Positions 1 to 10,207 of a stretch of DNA of 64,000 nt are shown here, piece after piece. The notes beneath the pieces were generated by a model. It had not been told where the DNA came from. It was given only the letters and a program-made list of their open reading frames with translations, and did no database searches. The position numbers were made by a program, and so were the translations under genes. Numbering within the stretch: position 1 is the first letter of the stretch; each line of letters starts with the position of its first letter. Origin of the DNA: Patescibacteria group bacterium (GTDB lineage: Bacteria > Patescibacteriota > Minisyncoccia > UBA6257 > 2-01-FULL-56-20); contig JANLHI010000022.1 of assembly GCA_024654525.1 (NCBI GenBank), positions 3,931-67,930 of the forward strand, given 5' to 3'.

Positions 1-1512
1 TTGAAAGGTGAGTCTAAATGCTGTGGTGCAGTGATCTGCGCATCTGCCATCATGCGCGCACGACACAGTTTTGTTTTCCAAGTCAGCAATCGCTTGATCA
101 GTTATTCTGTCGGGCAAGTCAATGTGGCTGATGTCCACCTTATAATCCCTATTGTCCGGGTCCCTCCATGCAAATCCTCTCTTTATAGCAACATCTTTAT
201 CCAGCGGGAAGAAATCCTGTGCAACTGTATCATTGTATGGATATGGTGAAAGTTCGGACGGAAAAAATTCGCCATATCCGTAAACGCGACCAATTTTATC
301 CGTGTAGGGCATGTCTTTCATGTGTTGAATTATCTGGGGCACCAAAATTTCATACTCTTCTTTCGTATATTGTTTGTTAAGGATGCAATACTCTTTGTGA
401 TGCATCCCCACGCAACCAAACATATGGGAAGAATTATTTACCACAAAACAGTATTGAGTATCGCTGCAATTTTGAAAGCTCTCAAAACAAAACTTTGATC
501 GGGATATGTGATTGCCACTTGCCGCACATTCATAGATAAGTTCGCTGTTCAGCCCATAGCGGAACTGATCATATGAGTCACGGGTTCCCGCAGAATAGAG
601 ACCTTGGCAATATCGAAGATTTTCGCCACTGTTTACGTAATAACTATCCTGGACGTTCTTGGAGTTAAAGATATATTCACCGGTGCAGTTCTCATTCTTG
701 AGTCCGCGCATGTAGCGTACCGGAAATTGTAACCAGAACTGTCTCGTCTTCTCTTTCATAGCAAGAAGAGAACTGTACGATGTTATATCCAGTTTTTTGA
801 TCTCGTGTCCGTACTCTTCCTTCGAGTAAGGCTTATTGAAGATATGGTAATTCTTGTTGCGGAGACCGACACATCCGAAAAGATTAGAACACCCGACGCA
901 GTCTCGGCTAAACGCGATATCATAGGAATCTTCGCAATACGAAGAGAAGAGTGACCGGGAGCACTTCTTGTTGAAAAATGATTCATAGCAAAGTTCGCTA
1001 TCGGTGATATATGAACTGTCGAATAGTTGTCGGCTACGTGTCGAATTATCTGAGTAAGCGCTATCTTCTATAAAAGTACATCCAAAGATCAGATAAGAAT
1101 TCTTGACATCGCTTGCGTTGTTGCAATAATCGCTGTTTACAAAATTAAGAAAGAATCTACTGGGGATTGGGGATTGCCGCAATAGCTCTCCGAATTGGGT
1201 AAAAAATGGCCTCTCCCAATCATAATCTCTGCCCGAGGCGTTTTGATCCCAGTTGTCCGAGAACCAGTAGTCCTTATCGACCACCTTCGCTCCAGAAAAA
1301 TCGTTGGTCCCTGATAGAATTTTCTCACCACTAATAACGTCTTTCGCGTGATATAGGTATCGTTCGTTCCACCATGCCATTCTCCGTTGCATCCGGCATG
1401 TAGAGCACCATGTCGGCGGTGGAACTTCTATTTTTTTGTAAAAATCAAAATCTTCCGGATCAATCGTGAACTGATTCTTGCAGTTTTGGCATGCCCGAGT
1501 TTCTGAGTCCAT
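1..1512 (-). CDS. Cys-rich conserved hypothetical protein with N-terminal zinc ribbon; runs off the window start
   Basis: Manual translation from ATG at 1512 gives MDSETRACQNCKNQFTIDPEDFDFYKKIEVPPPTWCSTCRMQRRMAWWNER... and stays open to position 1. It contains repeated FGCVGL/FGCVGM segments. It is absent from the ORF track because there is no stop inside the window. Confidence 0.85.
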   Translation of the reverse strand, partial: MDSETRACQNCKNQFTIDPEDFDFYKKIEVPPPTWCSTCRMQRRMAWWNERYLYHAKDVISGEKILSGTNDFSGAKVVDKDYWFSDNWDQNASGRDYDWERPFFTQFGELLRQSPIPSRFFLNFVNSDYCNNASDVKNSYLIFGCTFIEDSAYSDNSTRSRQLFDSSYITDSELCYESFFNKKCSRSLFSSYCEDSYDIAFSRDCVGCSNLFGCVGLRNKNYHIFNKPYSKEEYGHEIKKLDITSYSSLLAMKEKTRQFWLQFPVRYMRGLKNENCTGEYIFNSKNVQDSYYVNSGENLRYCQGLYSAGTRDSYDQFRYGLNSELIYECAASGNHISRSKFCFESFQNCSDTQYCFVVNNSSHMFGCVGMHHKEYCILNKQYTKEEYEILVPQIIQHMKDMPYTDKIGRVYGYGEFFPSELSPYPYNDTVAQDFFPLDKDVAIKRGFAWRDPDNRDYKVDISHIDLPDRITDQAIADLENKTVSCAHDGRCADHCTTAFRLTFQ

Positions 1513-1765
1513 AGATTAATCGTACCAGAGAATATGGAAATCATTATATCTCAGCCGCGGACTTCCGCATCTCATTTGTCTCATTTTGAATGACAGGGAT
1601 GCCTAATCCTCCCATCTATCCCAGATCTCAGGAAAACTTTATACTGCTTGCATTGGCTGGGTTCCGAACCGAACCGGGCAGCAACTAAGCGAGAGCGAAG
1701 GAGTACTGAGGCCAATAGGCCGAATGTGCCAAATTTCAGAATTCGAATTTTTTACCAACAAAAAG

Positions 1766-2464
1766 TTATATTCCCTCGTACACTACGTCTTTTCTTTCCA
1801 CTACGATTTTCCAACCCTTACGTTTCGCGGTGCGGTAAAGCTTTTGATTCGGATTGAAACAAATCGGCTTCTCTACCAATTCAAGAAATCGAATATCGGA
1901 TTCCGTATCTCCCACTCCCACGGAACCGCGCAAGGTCAAATTTTCCTTCTCCACCGCTCTTTGGAGAACTTTTGATTTATCGAAAATAATATCCTCGTGC
2001 ATCATGGCACCCGTGAACCTTCCCTTTCCATCCACTTCATACATCAACCCATACACTTTCGTGAATCCGAGATTCTTGCAAAACATATCCACCGCCGTTT
2101 TAGGAGAGTGGGAAATCGCAAGCACATAATACTTTTTCTTTTTTAATTCCCGCACAAGGTTGCGGGTATAGTGATACACCCGATTTTTATGGAGTGCCAC
2201 TACCCTCTTTGCCACACGAAAAAAATCATCAAACCGCACTCCCTCCACATTGCGCCGGAATACCGTAACCACACTGGTAATATACGTTTCATAATCCCCC
2301 TTCCGATCAAGCCATTTCTGCTTATCCCGCGCATAGATATTCCGCACATCGGGAGTGAAAATCCCCTCGGCGATAAGCTCTTCGACAAGCTCAATCAAAA
2401 GACTTGAGCGAAAAATCGTCCCGTCGATATCAAATATGGCAACCTTTCTGCGCGGTGTATCCAT
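1766..2464 (-). CDS. HAD-IB family hydrolase (SerB-like phosphatase)
   Basis: FDIDGT motif I and GDTESD motif III/IV. Confidence 0.85.
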   Translation of the reverse strand: MDTPRRKVAIFDIDGTIFRSSLLIELVEELIAEGIFTPDVRNIYARDKQKWLDRKGDYETYITSVVTVFRRNVEGVRFDDFFRVAKRVVALHKNRVYHYTRNLVRELKKKKYYVLAISHSPKTAVDMFCKNLGFTKVYGLMYEVDGKGRFTGAMMHEDIIFDKSKVLQRAVEKENLTLRGSVGVGDTESDIRFLELVEKPICFNPNQKLYRTAKRKGWKIVVERKDVVYEGI

Positions 2465-2539
2465 AGCTCTATTTTACGTCATTCTCCACGCCACACCCAA
2501 CTTTACAAAAAGCGCATCCCAAACGCATTAATCGACTCA

Positions 2540-3898
2540 CTATTTTTCTTTTGTAGAATTTCCAAGAGACTGTTCAAGCGCTTCAAGGTTTCCGTCCACC
2601 ACATCGTAGGAATTTGCATAATCCTCTTTTGCACCATTTTTGTGAAACTTAATTCCCGAATCTGTAAATTTGATGCCGGATGCGGTTGAGATGGAAACCA
2701 CCACATCATCTTCTTTAATAGTATTTTCTGCACGCGCCTGCATCACGCAATTGAGCGCAACCGCGCTTTGCGGGCACACATTCGCACCCGCACGCATAAA
2801 TCGCGCCCACGTTTTGAGAATCGCCTCCTCCTCGACGCTGTAAAACTTGATATTAAATTTCTCATAGAGCTTTTTTACTCTCGGGAAACTTACAGGGTCG
2901 TTAATATTCATCGCGCTTGCAACCGTATCTTTGAATGTTCCGGGAGCGTATTCCGTGAATTCGCTCTTTGCCCAGCGCGCAAGCGTATTTGCCGATGCGG
3001 ACTGTGATCCGATTATTCCCGGAAGCTTATCAATCAACCCCAATTCTTTTGCGCGCAACAAACTATTAAGCAATGCCGCAAGATTCCCGCTATTGCCGAT
3101 AGGAATTGCAATCCAATCGGGCACTTTCCAAGAAAAGTCTTGCAAAATCTCGAGTGCGATGGTTTCCTGTCCCACCACGCGCATATCGTTCTTGCTGTTC
3201 ACTAATACATATTCCGGATGCGCCTTGGTAAATTCTTGGATGAGTTTCATACACCCATCGAATCCCTGCGGATGGCGAATCGCTTTTACGGTTGCACCGT
3301 GCGTCATCGCCTGAAAAAGTTGGGAATCGGAAACTTTTTCGTACGGCAAAAGCACCACGCAAGAAAGTCTGTCGCGCACATATGCCGCATACACCGCCGC
3401 GGATGCAGAAGTATCTCCCGTAGACGCACAGGAAATTCCTTTGATGCCAAGTTGGGGATATTCCTTTTGTAATCGCAACGCATCGGAAATCGCTACGGGC
3501 ATTCCACGATCTTTAAAACTCTCGGAAGGCGCCTGCCCCTCCATTTTGATATACAAATTATTCATTCCCAACTCTTTTTTGAGCCATGCGGGAACTTCGA
3601 ATAAATCCGTTTGTCCTTCGTTGAGGGATAAAATATATTCCTTGGGAAACCCGGGAAGAATAAAATCCCGCCATAACCATACTCCGGAATTATTGGGATA
3701 CATCCTTCGCGATGCACCAAAACGAAGATCATTGAAATATGCTTGCGCATGCGCCCCGTCTCCCACTCTCGATTTCACAAAGTCCTCATCCCGTACCACC
3801 ATCAGCAAATTGCCGCATTCGGGACATACGTATAAAAACCGGTCAGGGTCGAATTTTTTCTCGCATGCAATACATTGATGCCAGTAATGGAATTCCAT
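2540..3898 (-). CDS. thrC: threonine synthase
   Basis: PLP lysine motif PSESFKDRG, CASTGDTSAS, PIGNSGN, and an N-terminal CxxC..CxxC. Confidence 0.9.
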   Translation of the reverse strand: MEFHYWHQCIACEKKFDPDRFLYVCPECGNLLMVVRDEDFVKSRVGDGAHAQAYFNDLRFGASRRMYPNNSGVWLWRDFILPGFPKEYILSLNEGQTDLFEVPAWLKKELGMNNLYIKMEGQAPSESFKDRGMPVAISDALRLQKEYPQLGIKGISCASTGDTSASAAVYAAYVRDRLSCVVLLPYEKVSDSQLFQAMTHGATVKAIRHPQGFDGCMKLIQEFTKAHPEYVLVNSKNDMRVVGQETIALEILQDFSWKVPDWIAIPIGNSGNLAALLNSLLRAKELGLIDKLPGIIGSQSASANTLARWAKSEFTEYAPGTFKDTVASAMNINDPVSFPRVKKLYEKFNIKFYSVEEEAILKTWARFMRAGANVCPQSAVALNCVMQARAENTIKEDDVVVSISTASGIKFTDSGIKFHKNGAKEDYANSYDVVDGNLEALEQSLGNSTKEK

Positions 3899-3944
3899 AG
3901 CTCCCTAATCTAACCACAGAATGACAATTTGGAAAATCCGCTCA

Positions 3945-4571
3945 CTACTCTTCTATTTTTGCGAGAAATTGATCCACGCCAAATCCCGGCGTTCTTAATT
4001 CGCCATACTCAAGCACCACATCGGCATAACGCTTATACATTGCGTTTCTACTTCGAAGAAGCTCCAGATAACATCGAGCCAATGCTTCCTGCGGAGACTC
4101 GTGTGGATGTGGAATATATCTATCACCCCAAATCACCGGCTTTGGTTCGAGAAGGTAATCCCGATACAATTTTTCCCGTAGACTTTCCGGGGCATCCAAT
4201 GCTACCATCGTGCTCATACTCTTGAGTTTTTTAAAAATAACTTCTTCCGCATAAATACTGCTTCCGGTGGTATCGATGACAACATTTCCCCTACTATCCT
4301 GCAACATCAGAATCGCCTCGTTCATTGCCGAAGTTTCTTCTGCAAGATAGAGTGCCGCACATTCCTTGTACCGCGTTTCGTAGGGTTGACCCATCCAGCG
4401 GGCAACATCCTGAATACCTTTATACCCATTTGCTTGAAGATGAGGCGAAAGCCCCAACTCAATCCGATCATCACATGAAAAAGAAGTAAAACCGGCATTT
4501 TCAAACCTTTTTCTCCAAAAGGATTTCCCCACATTTGACATGCCCATAAGGGTAAGACTCATATTTTTCAT
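3945..4571 (-). CDS. P-loop kinase, shikimate-kinase-like
   Basis: Walker A GMSNVGKS and VIDTTGS. Confidence 0.7.
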   Translation of the reverse strand: MKNMSLTLMGMSNVGKSFWRKRFENAGFTSFSCDDRIELGLSPHLQANGYKGIQDVARWMGQPYETRYKECAALYLAEETSAMNEAILMLQDSRGNVVIDTTGSSIYAEEVIFKKLKSMSTMVALDAPESLREKLYRDYLLEPKPVIWGDRYIPHPHESPQEALARCYLELLRSRNAMYKRYADVVLEYGELRTPGFGVDQFLAKIEE

Positions 4572-4683
4572 ACCTCCAGTGTAATGGTTTTAATAAAACA
4601 CACAAAAAGCATACAGAAAAAAAATGTAACACCTCAAAAATTCTCCTTGCATATTCCCCAATTAGAGACTACGCTGTGTGCAT

Positions 4684-5199
4684 ATGAGCGACTTTAGAAA
4701 ACCGAGAGAGTTTGGCGGGAATCGAGGAGAGAATAGATTTGGAAGAAGGAATTCCGATCGTCCGAGTTTTGGCAATCGACCCACGGGACCCTCTCGCAAC
4801 GGAGGTGGAGATTTTCACCGTCCCGAGATGCACCGCGCGGTATGCAGTAAATGTGGAAACTCGTGTGAAGTGCCTTTTCGCCCCAATGGCAAAAAACCGG
4901 TGTATTGCAGTGAATGTTTCGGAAATACCACAAGGAGCACTCCTTCCGATAACTTTCAAAGAAGGGATTCAAACACTCCTTCTCCGGCACAGCCCCAGGC
5001 GAGAGACACAAGAATTGATGATTTAAAAGGACAGATGGACGCAGTGCAGTCAAAGCTTGATAAAATCCTCAAAATAATCGAGTCACACTCCCACTCTGTC
5101 GCTCCGATAATTGTTCCTGAAAAAGTTTCGGCTCCAAAAGAAGAAAAGAAGAAGGCAACCGCAGTCAAAAAATCTCCCGCAAAAAAGAAGAATTCATAG
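4684..5199 (+). CDS. CxxC-x17-CxxC zinc-ribbon protein
   Basis: CSKC...CEVPFRP...PVYCSECF with a G/R-rich N-terminus. Confidence 0.85.
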   Translation: MSDFRKPREFGGNRGENRFGRRNSDRPSFGNRPTGPSRNGGGDFHRPEMHRAVCSKCGNSCEVPFRPNGKKPVYCSECFGNTTRSTPSDNFQRRDSNTPSPAQPQARDTRIDDLKGQMDAVQSKLDKILKIIESHSHSVAPIIVPEKVSAPKEEKKKATAVKKSPAKKKNS

Positions 5200-5220
5200 A
5201 TTGCATCCTCACGTAAGGAT

Positions 5221-5463
5221 ATGCCGTATTTTGTGTATCTTATGGAATGTACGGACGGAAGTCTTTATACCGGCATTACGACCAACCTTGAAAGAAGGTT
5301 TGAAGAACACGTATCGCGCCACGGTGGAAATTATACTCGCGCTCATAAAGCGCGGAGGATTGTTTATACTGAAGAATATCCCTCGCGATCGGAAGCGCTG
5401 AAGCGCGAAGCGGAAATAAAAAGCTGGCAACGAAAGAAAAAACTTATGTTAATTAAAAAATAG
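5221..5463 (+). CDS. GIY-YIG nuclease (UPF0213-like)
   Basis: YFVYLMEC..SLYTGIT..RRFEEH..ALKREAEIK. Confidence 0.9.
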   Translation: MPYFVYLMECTDGSLYTGITTNLERRFEEHVSRHGGNYTRAHKARRIVYTEEYPSRSEALKREAEIKSWQRKKKLMLIKK

Positions 5464-5485
5464 TGCGGTGATATACTGAAAGGAA

Positions 5486-5953
5486 ATGGCTCATATCCAC
5501 GAAAAAATAGATTTCACCGCGAGCGCATACATCGTATACAAAAATACCGTGCTTCTCCGGAAACATGACAAATATGGCGCGTGGCTCGACGTCGGCGGGC
5601 ACATTGAACCCGATGAAGACCCCAATCAAGCCGTACTCCGAGAAGTAAAAGAGGAGGTGGGTCTCGATGTAATACTTGCGGGAAAAATTCGCACGTTCGA
5701 CAACGACTCCGAGACAGAACTCATACCCCCTCGCTTCCTCAATCGCCACCGCATCAACACCACGCATGAGCATATAGACCTCGTCTACTTTGCAACCAGC
5801 ACCACCAACATCATCAGAGAAACCGACGGGCGGGAAAAGAGCGAAGAAATAAGGTGGTTCACCAAAGAAGAACTTCTCGACCCCAAGCTCCAAATCTGGG
5901 AACGGGTACGGTACTATGCGCTCACGGCACTCGAGGAAATAGCCGGAAAATAA
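5486..5953 (+). CDS. NUDIX hydrolase
   Basis: Nudix box GGHIEPDEDPNQAVLREVKEEVG. Confidence 0.9.
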   Translation: MAHIHEKIDFTASAYIVYKNTVLLRKHDKYGAWLDVGGHIEPDEDPNQAVLREVKEEVGLDVILAGKIRTFDNDSETELIPPRFLNRHRINTTHEHIDLVYFATSTTNIIRETDGREKSEEIRWFTKEELLDPKLQIWERVRYYALTALEEIAGK

Positions 5954-5954
5954 T

Positions 5955-6977
5955 ATGGTAAAACTTTTTCTTATCTCCGGAATAATTGCGCTTGCGATTG
6001 CAATAGGACTCGCCATTGAACCCCGGCAAGTGGTTATCGCGCCCCCTCAAACAAATACCCAAAATACGGAAGAACTTGCAATTATCGCGGAGCAAATCCC
6101 CGCAACAGGCACGCAAAATCCTCCCGTTGCACTCCCGCTCGAAACCCTGCCGGAACCGCTTCCGGAAACAAAAATTCCACTCGCCGCAACCAAAGCATCC
6201 CTCATAGCGCCGGAGGAAATTCTTCAGGGAAACGTTGGAAGGATTACCACCGATGATGCGCCATTTCTCAAAAAAGTGGTTTTTGACGGTGTGGAGATTC
6301 CGACATTCGTGTACGCCGGAAAACCCCGCACATTCATCGCAATAGACCTCGCCAAAAAACCGGGGACGTATGACTTGAAAACCACGCTTACGAACGGCGA
6401 AACCATTTCGAAAAAAATTGCGGTGATAGAACGAAAAAAACCACTCGTAGAAGAAGTTTCTATTCCAGAAAAGATTGGCGGGAATACTGAAGTAGGACAA
6501 AACAATTATTTAACCTCGATGAATGAGGCAAATACTGATATTAAAAACATCGTTACCGCACATGCAATCACTTGGACGCAAGAATTTATCCCTCCCCTTA
6601 CCAACATCACGATTACCAATCCTTATGGATATGGGGTAAGCACCGGCGCGTATGTTATTCCTCATAAAGGTACGGACTTTAAAGCGGCAGTGGGAACAAA
6701 ACTTGTCGCAATGAACAGTGGCGTGGTAAAAATTTCAAAAAACTACCCTTTCTCATACGGCAATATGGTAGTGATAGATCACGGACTGGGAATCGAGACA
6801 CTGTATCTCCACCTTTCGCGAATGGATGTAAAAGTTGGAGATGCTGTTGCGCGAGGACAAACTATCGGACTCTCGGGTGACACGGGCTACGTCTCGGGAC
6901 CTCATCTCCACTTGAGCATAAAAGTAGGCGGCATTTCGATTGACCCGATGCAGTTTTTAAAATTGTTTAACCCGTAG
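5955..6977 (+). CDS. M23 family peptidase, exported
   Basis: N-terminal hydrophobic anchor; HKGTD, YLHL and GPHLH motifs. Confidence 0.9.
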   Translation: MVKLFLISGIIALAIAIGLAIEPRQVVIAPPQTNTQNTEELAIIAEQIPATGTQNPPVALPLETLPEPLPETKIPLAATKASLIAPEEILQGNVGRITTDDAPFLKKVVFDGVEIPTFVYAGKPRTFIAIDLAKKPGTYDLKTTLTNGETISKKIAVIERKKPLVEEVSIPEKIGGNTEVGQNNYLTSMNEANTDIKNIVTAHAITWTQEFIPPLTNITITNPYGYGVSTGAYVIPHKGTDFKAAVGTKLVAMNSGVVKISKNYPFSYGNMVVIDHGLGIETLYLHLSRMDVKVGDAVARGQTIGLSGDTGYVSGPHLHLSIKVGGISIDPMQFLKLFNP

Positions 6978-7032
6978 AAATAAAAGAAGCCTCACTCATC
7001 GTTAGACAAGCAAGGCTTCCCATGTTTTTTTG
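6978..7032 (-). repeat. 55-bp direct repeat, copy 1 (contains a terminator-like hairpin)
   Basis: Identical to 8366-8420. The minus strand reads GAAGCCT...AGGCTTC followed by TTTT. Confidence 0.9.
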
Positions 7033-7054
7033 CCTCATTGCATCAGTGCGTGAT

Positions 7055-7432
7055 TCACTTCGCCTTAATGGTGCGAACTTTCACCTCTTGCGCCGCAATG
7101 ACGATGATAACAGGCTCCTCCCACGGATGATTAGGAACAATACCCTCGTTTATCACCCTTTCGAGAAGCTTCGCGTCTCCCGGAATGGAAAACTCCACCT
7201 TCACAGACTGGAAACTTGCAAGTTTCCTGATTTCACCAGAAGTGGGCGTAGAACCCTCAAGCGGGCGAAATTGCTCGACGCCGGGAGCGGACGACCATGC
7301 AACGGAGTCGTAATTTCCATGACGCAAGGCCGAGACCTTTATAACGCCTTCGATAAGCCGACTCGCATGTTCCGGCGATACAAATGTGGCGACACGATAT
7401 ACAGAAGAGAATCCGACCTTTTTAGTGCTCAT
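7055..7432 (-). CDS. stand-alone NIF3/YqfO PII-like domain protein
   Basis: GNYDSVAW..GVEQFRPLEGSTP..G and HPWEEP resemble the YqfO insertion domain (HPYEEP). Confidence 0.7.
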   Translation of the reverse strand: MSTKKVGFSSVYRVATFVSPEHASRLIEGVIKVSALRHGNYDSVAWSSAPGVEQFRPLEGSTPTSGEIRKLASFQSVKVEFSIPGDAKLLERVINEGIVPNHPWEEPVIIVIAAQEVKVRTIKAK

Positions 7433-7546
7433 AACTTACTCCGATATGAATATACGGTTGGTTCCGTATTTATGTTGTTAATAGACCCGAAGCGGCAATA
7501 GTACTATTTGCGATTCATATTTGCAAGACCTTATATAATCACAAAT

Positions 7547-7582
7547 AAAAAAACCAGGGACGATTATGGTAATCGTCCCGGT
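7547..7582 (-). terminator. intrinsic terminator
   Basis: Minus strand GGGACGATTA-CCA-TAATCGTCCC followed by a T-run. Confidence 0.75.
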
Positions 7583-7601
7583 TGGATTGATGGTTCTTTG
7601 T

Positions 7602-8291
7602 TTAAGTCTCACAACTAGGAAATCCCCCCCAACTTTTAGGTCTTTCTAAACTTTGAATCCCCACGCGCTTATCACACGAGGGTGTGCCATAGTATAAGCT
7701 TGCATGCCTATCCTTATAAGTACACAAAACAGGAAAACCGTTACGAAGACAAATTCGCGGGGAACGCCTTGAAAGTTTTGGCACCTTATGTCGTGAGGCA
7801 TTGGCAATTATATTATGATGTCGTAACACAGGAAAAACTGAAGCATGGACAATACATTCAAAAACAGTGTATGAAAACCTTCCCTCACACGCAAGCTCCC
7901 GTAGAGATTCAATATGTTTCATATCCATACAAGCTCTTCCATCTTCAACATTAGTCGCAATATAAGGACCATCGGGAACCTGTACAAGATTGCGAATCTT
8001 CCCCGCTTCAAGATCATTCCAACCTCTTACTCCATCATCCCACACCAAAAAAGACATAAGACGACTTAAATCGAGCGGGTCGGGTCGTCTCGGGACAAGG
8101 AGAGTGAGTCCTTTTTCGGGTACGAATTCAGCAAGGCGGCGGAGTTCATCTTCGTCACCTAATCCGATGTCAACCCAAAACGCAATTTGATGATAAAAAA
8201 GTTCGCGTGGGGTTGGGACGAACAAAGATGGTGAATGAGAAATTATTATCTCTTCATACTGCTCAACGGTAATTATGGGAAATGCTTTCAT
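7602..8291 (-). CDS. hypothetical protein (DUF5701-like)
   Basis: 229-aa ORF. PYIATNVEDG and YTVFECIVHA resemble DUF5701 as recalled, not searched. Confidence 0.55.
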   Translation of the reverse strand: MKAFPIITVEQYEEIIISHSPSLFVPTPRELFYHQIAFWVDIGLGDEDELRRLAEFVPEKGLTLLVPRRPDPLDLSRLMSFLVWDDGVRGWNDLEAGKIRNLVQVPDGPYIATNVEDGRACMDMKHIESLRELACEGRFSYTVFECIVHASVFPVLRHHNIIANASRHKVPKLSRRSPRICLRNGFPVLCTYKDRHASLYYGTPSCDKRVGIQSLERPKSWGGFPSCET

Positions 8292-8365
8292 ATCTAATCA
8301 TCTAAATTTTTCAAATCCATTAAACTGCGCTAAAACTAGCAAGAAAAAGGTTATGCTGTCAACAA

Positions 8366-8420
8366 AAATAAAAGAAGCCTCACTCATCGTTAGACAAGCA
8401 AGGCTTCCCATGTTTTTTTG
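8366..8420 (-). repeat. 55-bp direct repeat, copy 2; putative metG terminator
   Basis: Identical to 6978-7032; begins 14 nt downstream of the metG stop. Confidence 0.9.
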
Positions 8421-8434
8421 TGCCATCACAGAGG

Positions 8435-10105
8435 CTACTCCCCCGCTTCGGCAAGTTGAATTTCTCCGAGAATCAATTCGTGATCCACTTTTGGTATCAG
8501 CGGTGTCGGTTGCCCGATGGGGGTGTTGGCGGCAAGCGGCGAATATCTCCAACTCACATCGTCCGTGCCTAGATAGGCATTTAGCCTCTCTGTTACACCT
8601 GGGAAGAATGGTGCGGTAAGACGCCGTAAGGCGTCCGCCACCTCCATGCACACTTTGAGTGTTTCGGCGACGTGCGCCTTGTTGCTCTCGATGTTTCTCC
8701 ATGGCGCGCGGTGCTCGATATAGACGTTTGCCTTCCGTGAGAAGTTGAGAATACTCACCAGCGCTTGCCTCAATTCTCCCTTTTCGATGAACGCCCCCAC
8801 TTCTCTTAACGCAGTGGGTGATGCCATCCAAAGAACAACACTTTCATCGCTTACCGGCACACCACTATTGGGCACGGCACCGAAGTACCGATGCGTCATC
8901 GAAAACGTGCGGTTCCAGAAGTTCCCGAGATTTCCAACCAAGTCGGCATTCACCCGTGCTTCGAAGTCATCCCACCGAAATGTACTGTCTTTGCTTTCCG
9001 GCGAGTTGAGTGTGAGGTAGAACCGGATTGCGTCCGGATCGAATTTTGCAAGCGCATTCGGCAACCAAATGCCGATATTCTTGCTCTTCGAAAGCTTCAC
9101 GCCTCCGAAGTTCAAGAACTCGCTTGAGATGATTCTGTTCGGGAGGTGAAGCCCGAGCGCCATGAGCATCGCCGGCCAAATGATGGTGTGAAACGGAATA
9201 TTATCCTTCCCGTGCACGTAATAGTGCACCGCCTCCGGATTATCCCACCATTCGCGCCACGCTTCGGGAAGCCCTTCGGTTTGAAGGGACGCCCATTCGC
9301 GCGAACAAGACAGGTAGCCAATCACCGCTTCAAACCACACATACATCACCTTCTCGGTGAACCCTTCAACCGGCACCGGAATACCCCATGAGAGGTCCCG
9401 CGTAATGGGCCGGTCTTCGAGTCCCTTGGTAAGCCACGCCTCGGTAATTTTCACCGCGTTTTCCCGCCATCCTTCTTTTGACTTCTCCTTCCACTCCGCA
9501 AGATGTTTTTGAAACGCGGGCAGATGGAGATAAAGGTGTGTCGAAGGTTTCCAGACCGGTGTTGCGCCACACGTTCTGCAATGGGGCGCGATAAGATCAT
9601 GCGGGGTATGAAGATGCCCGCATGTATCACACTGATCACCACGCGCACCTTCCACCCCACACTTTGGATTCGGACATTTTCCTTCAATAAACCGATCAGG
9701 AAGCGTGCGATTACAGGTGTCGCACCGCGCCTGCTGTTCTTCACGCGTAACCATGTGGCCATCCGCATGAAGCTTCGCAAACACTTCTTGTGCTACTCCC
9801 TTGTGGAAGGCACCCATTGTCTTTGAGTACAACGAGTAGCTGAAACCGAGTTTCTTGACGAGCGTTTCCACAATCTCATCGTGGTACTGACCCGCCACTT
9901 CTTCCGGTGCTCTTCCTTCTTTGTCCGCGGTCACAAGAATCGGGGTGCCGTGGCAATCACTACCGGAGACAAAAAGCACATCGTCTCCATTTGCACGGTG
10001 ATACCGCGCGAGCACATCCGCCGGCAGTAATGCCGCGACGTGCCCCAAATGCAGCGAGCCATTGACGTATGGCCATGCCGCCGCAACCAATACCTTTTTT
10101 TTCAT
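8435..10105 (-). CDS. metG: methionine--tRNA ligase
   Basis: PYVNGSLHLGH (HIGH), KLSKS (KMSKS), Zn knuckles, GKDNIPFH, NLGNFWNR; GGAGG Shine-Dalgarno upstream. Confidence 0.95.
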   Translation of the reverse strand: MKKKVLVAAAWPYVNGSLHLGHVAALLPADVLARYHRANGDDVLFVSGSDCHGTPILVTADKEGRAPEEVAGQYHDEIVETLVKKLGFSYSLYSKTMGAFHKGVAQEVFAKLHADGHMVTREEQQARCDTCNRTLPDRFIEGKCPNPKCGVEGARGDQCDTCGHLHTPHDLIAPHCRTCGATPVWKPSTHLYLHLPAFQKHLAEWKEKSKEGWRENAVKITEAWLTKGLEDRPITRDLSWGIPVPVEGFTEKVMYVWFEAVIGYLSCSREWASLQTEGLPEAWREWWDNPEAVHYYVHGKDNIPFHTIIWPAMLMALGLHLPNRIISSEFLNFGGVKLSKSKNIGIWLPNALAKFDPDAIRFYLTLNSPESKDSTFRWDDFEARVNADLVGNLGNFWNRTFSMTHRYFGAVPNSGVPVSDESVVLWMASPTALREVGAFIEKGELRQALVSILNFSRKANVYIEHRAPWRNIESNKAHVAETLKVCMEVADALRRLTAPFFPGVTERLNAYLGTDDVSWRYSPLAANTPIGQPTPLIPKVDHELILGEIQLAEAGE

Positions 10106-10207
10106 ACTGATTCCTCCATATTAACTTGTTAAGGTCGTGCTGACGGCACGATTTTTCTTTTAAAGAACGCACACGCGTCCCCATTGAAAAACCGCCGAAG
10201 CAAGGAA

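Noticed and set aside
1700-1726. Hammerhead-ribozyme-like TGA-GGCC-AATA-GGCC-GAA in the 1513-1765 intergenic region
   Set aside because: The CUGANGA and GAAA core is not intact and no stems I/III were found. The region may still hold a small RNA, but I cannot support a call.
10106-10207. T-box, or a third copy of the shared leader, upstream of metG
   Set aside because: Only short hairpins are present; there is no T-box AAnnnnGGTGGnACC motif and no 34-nt core.
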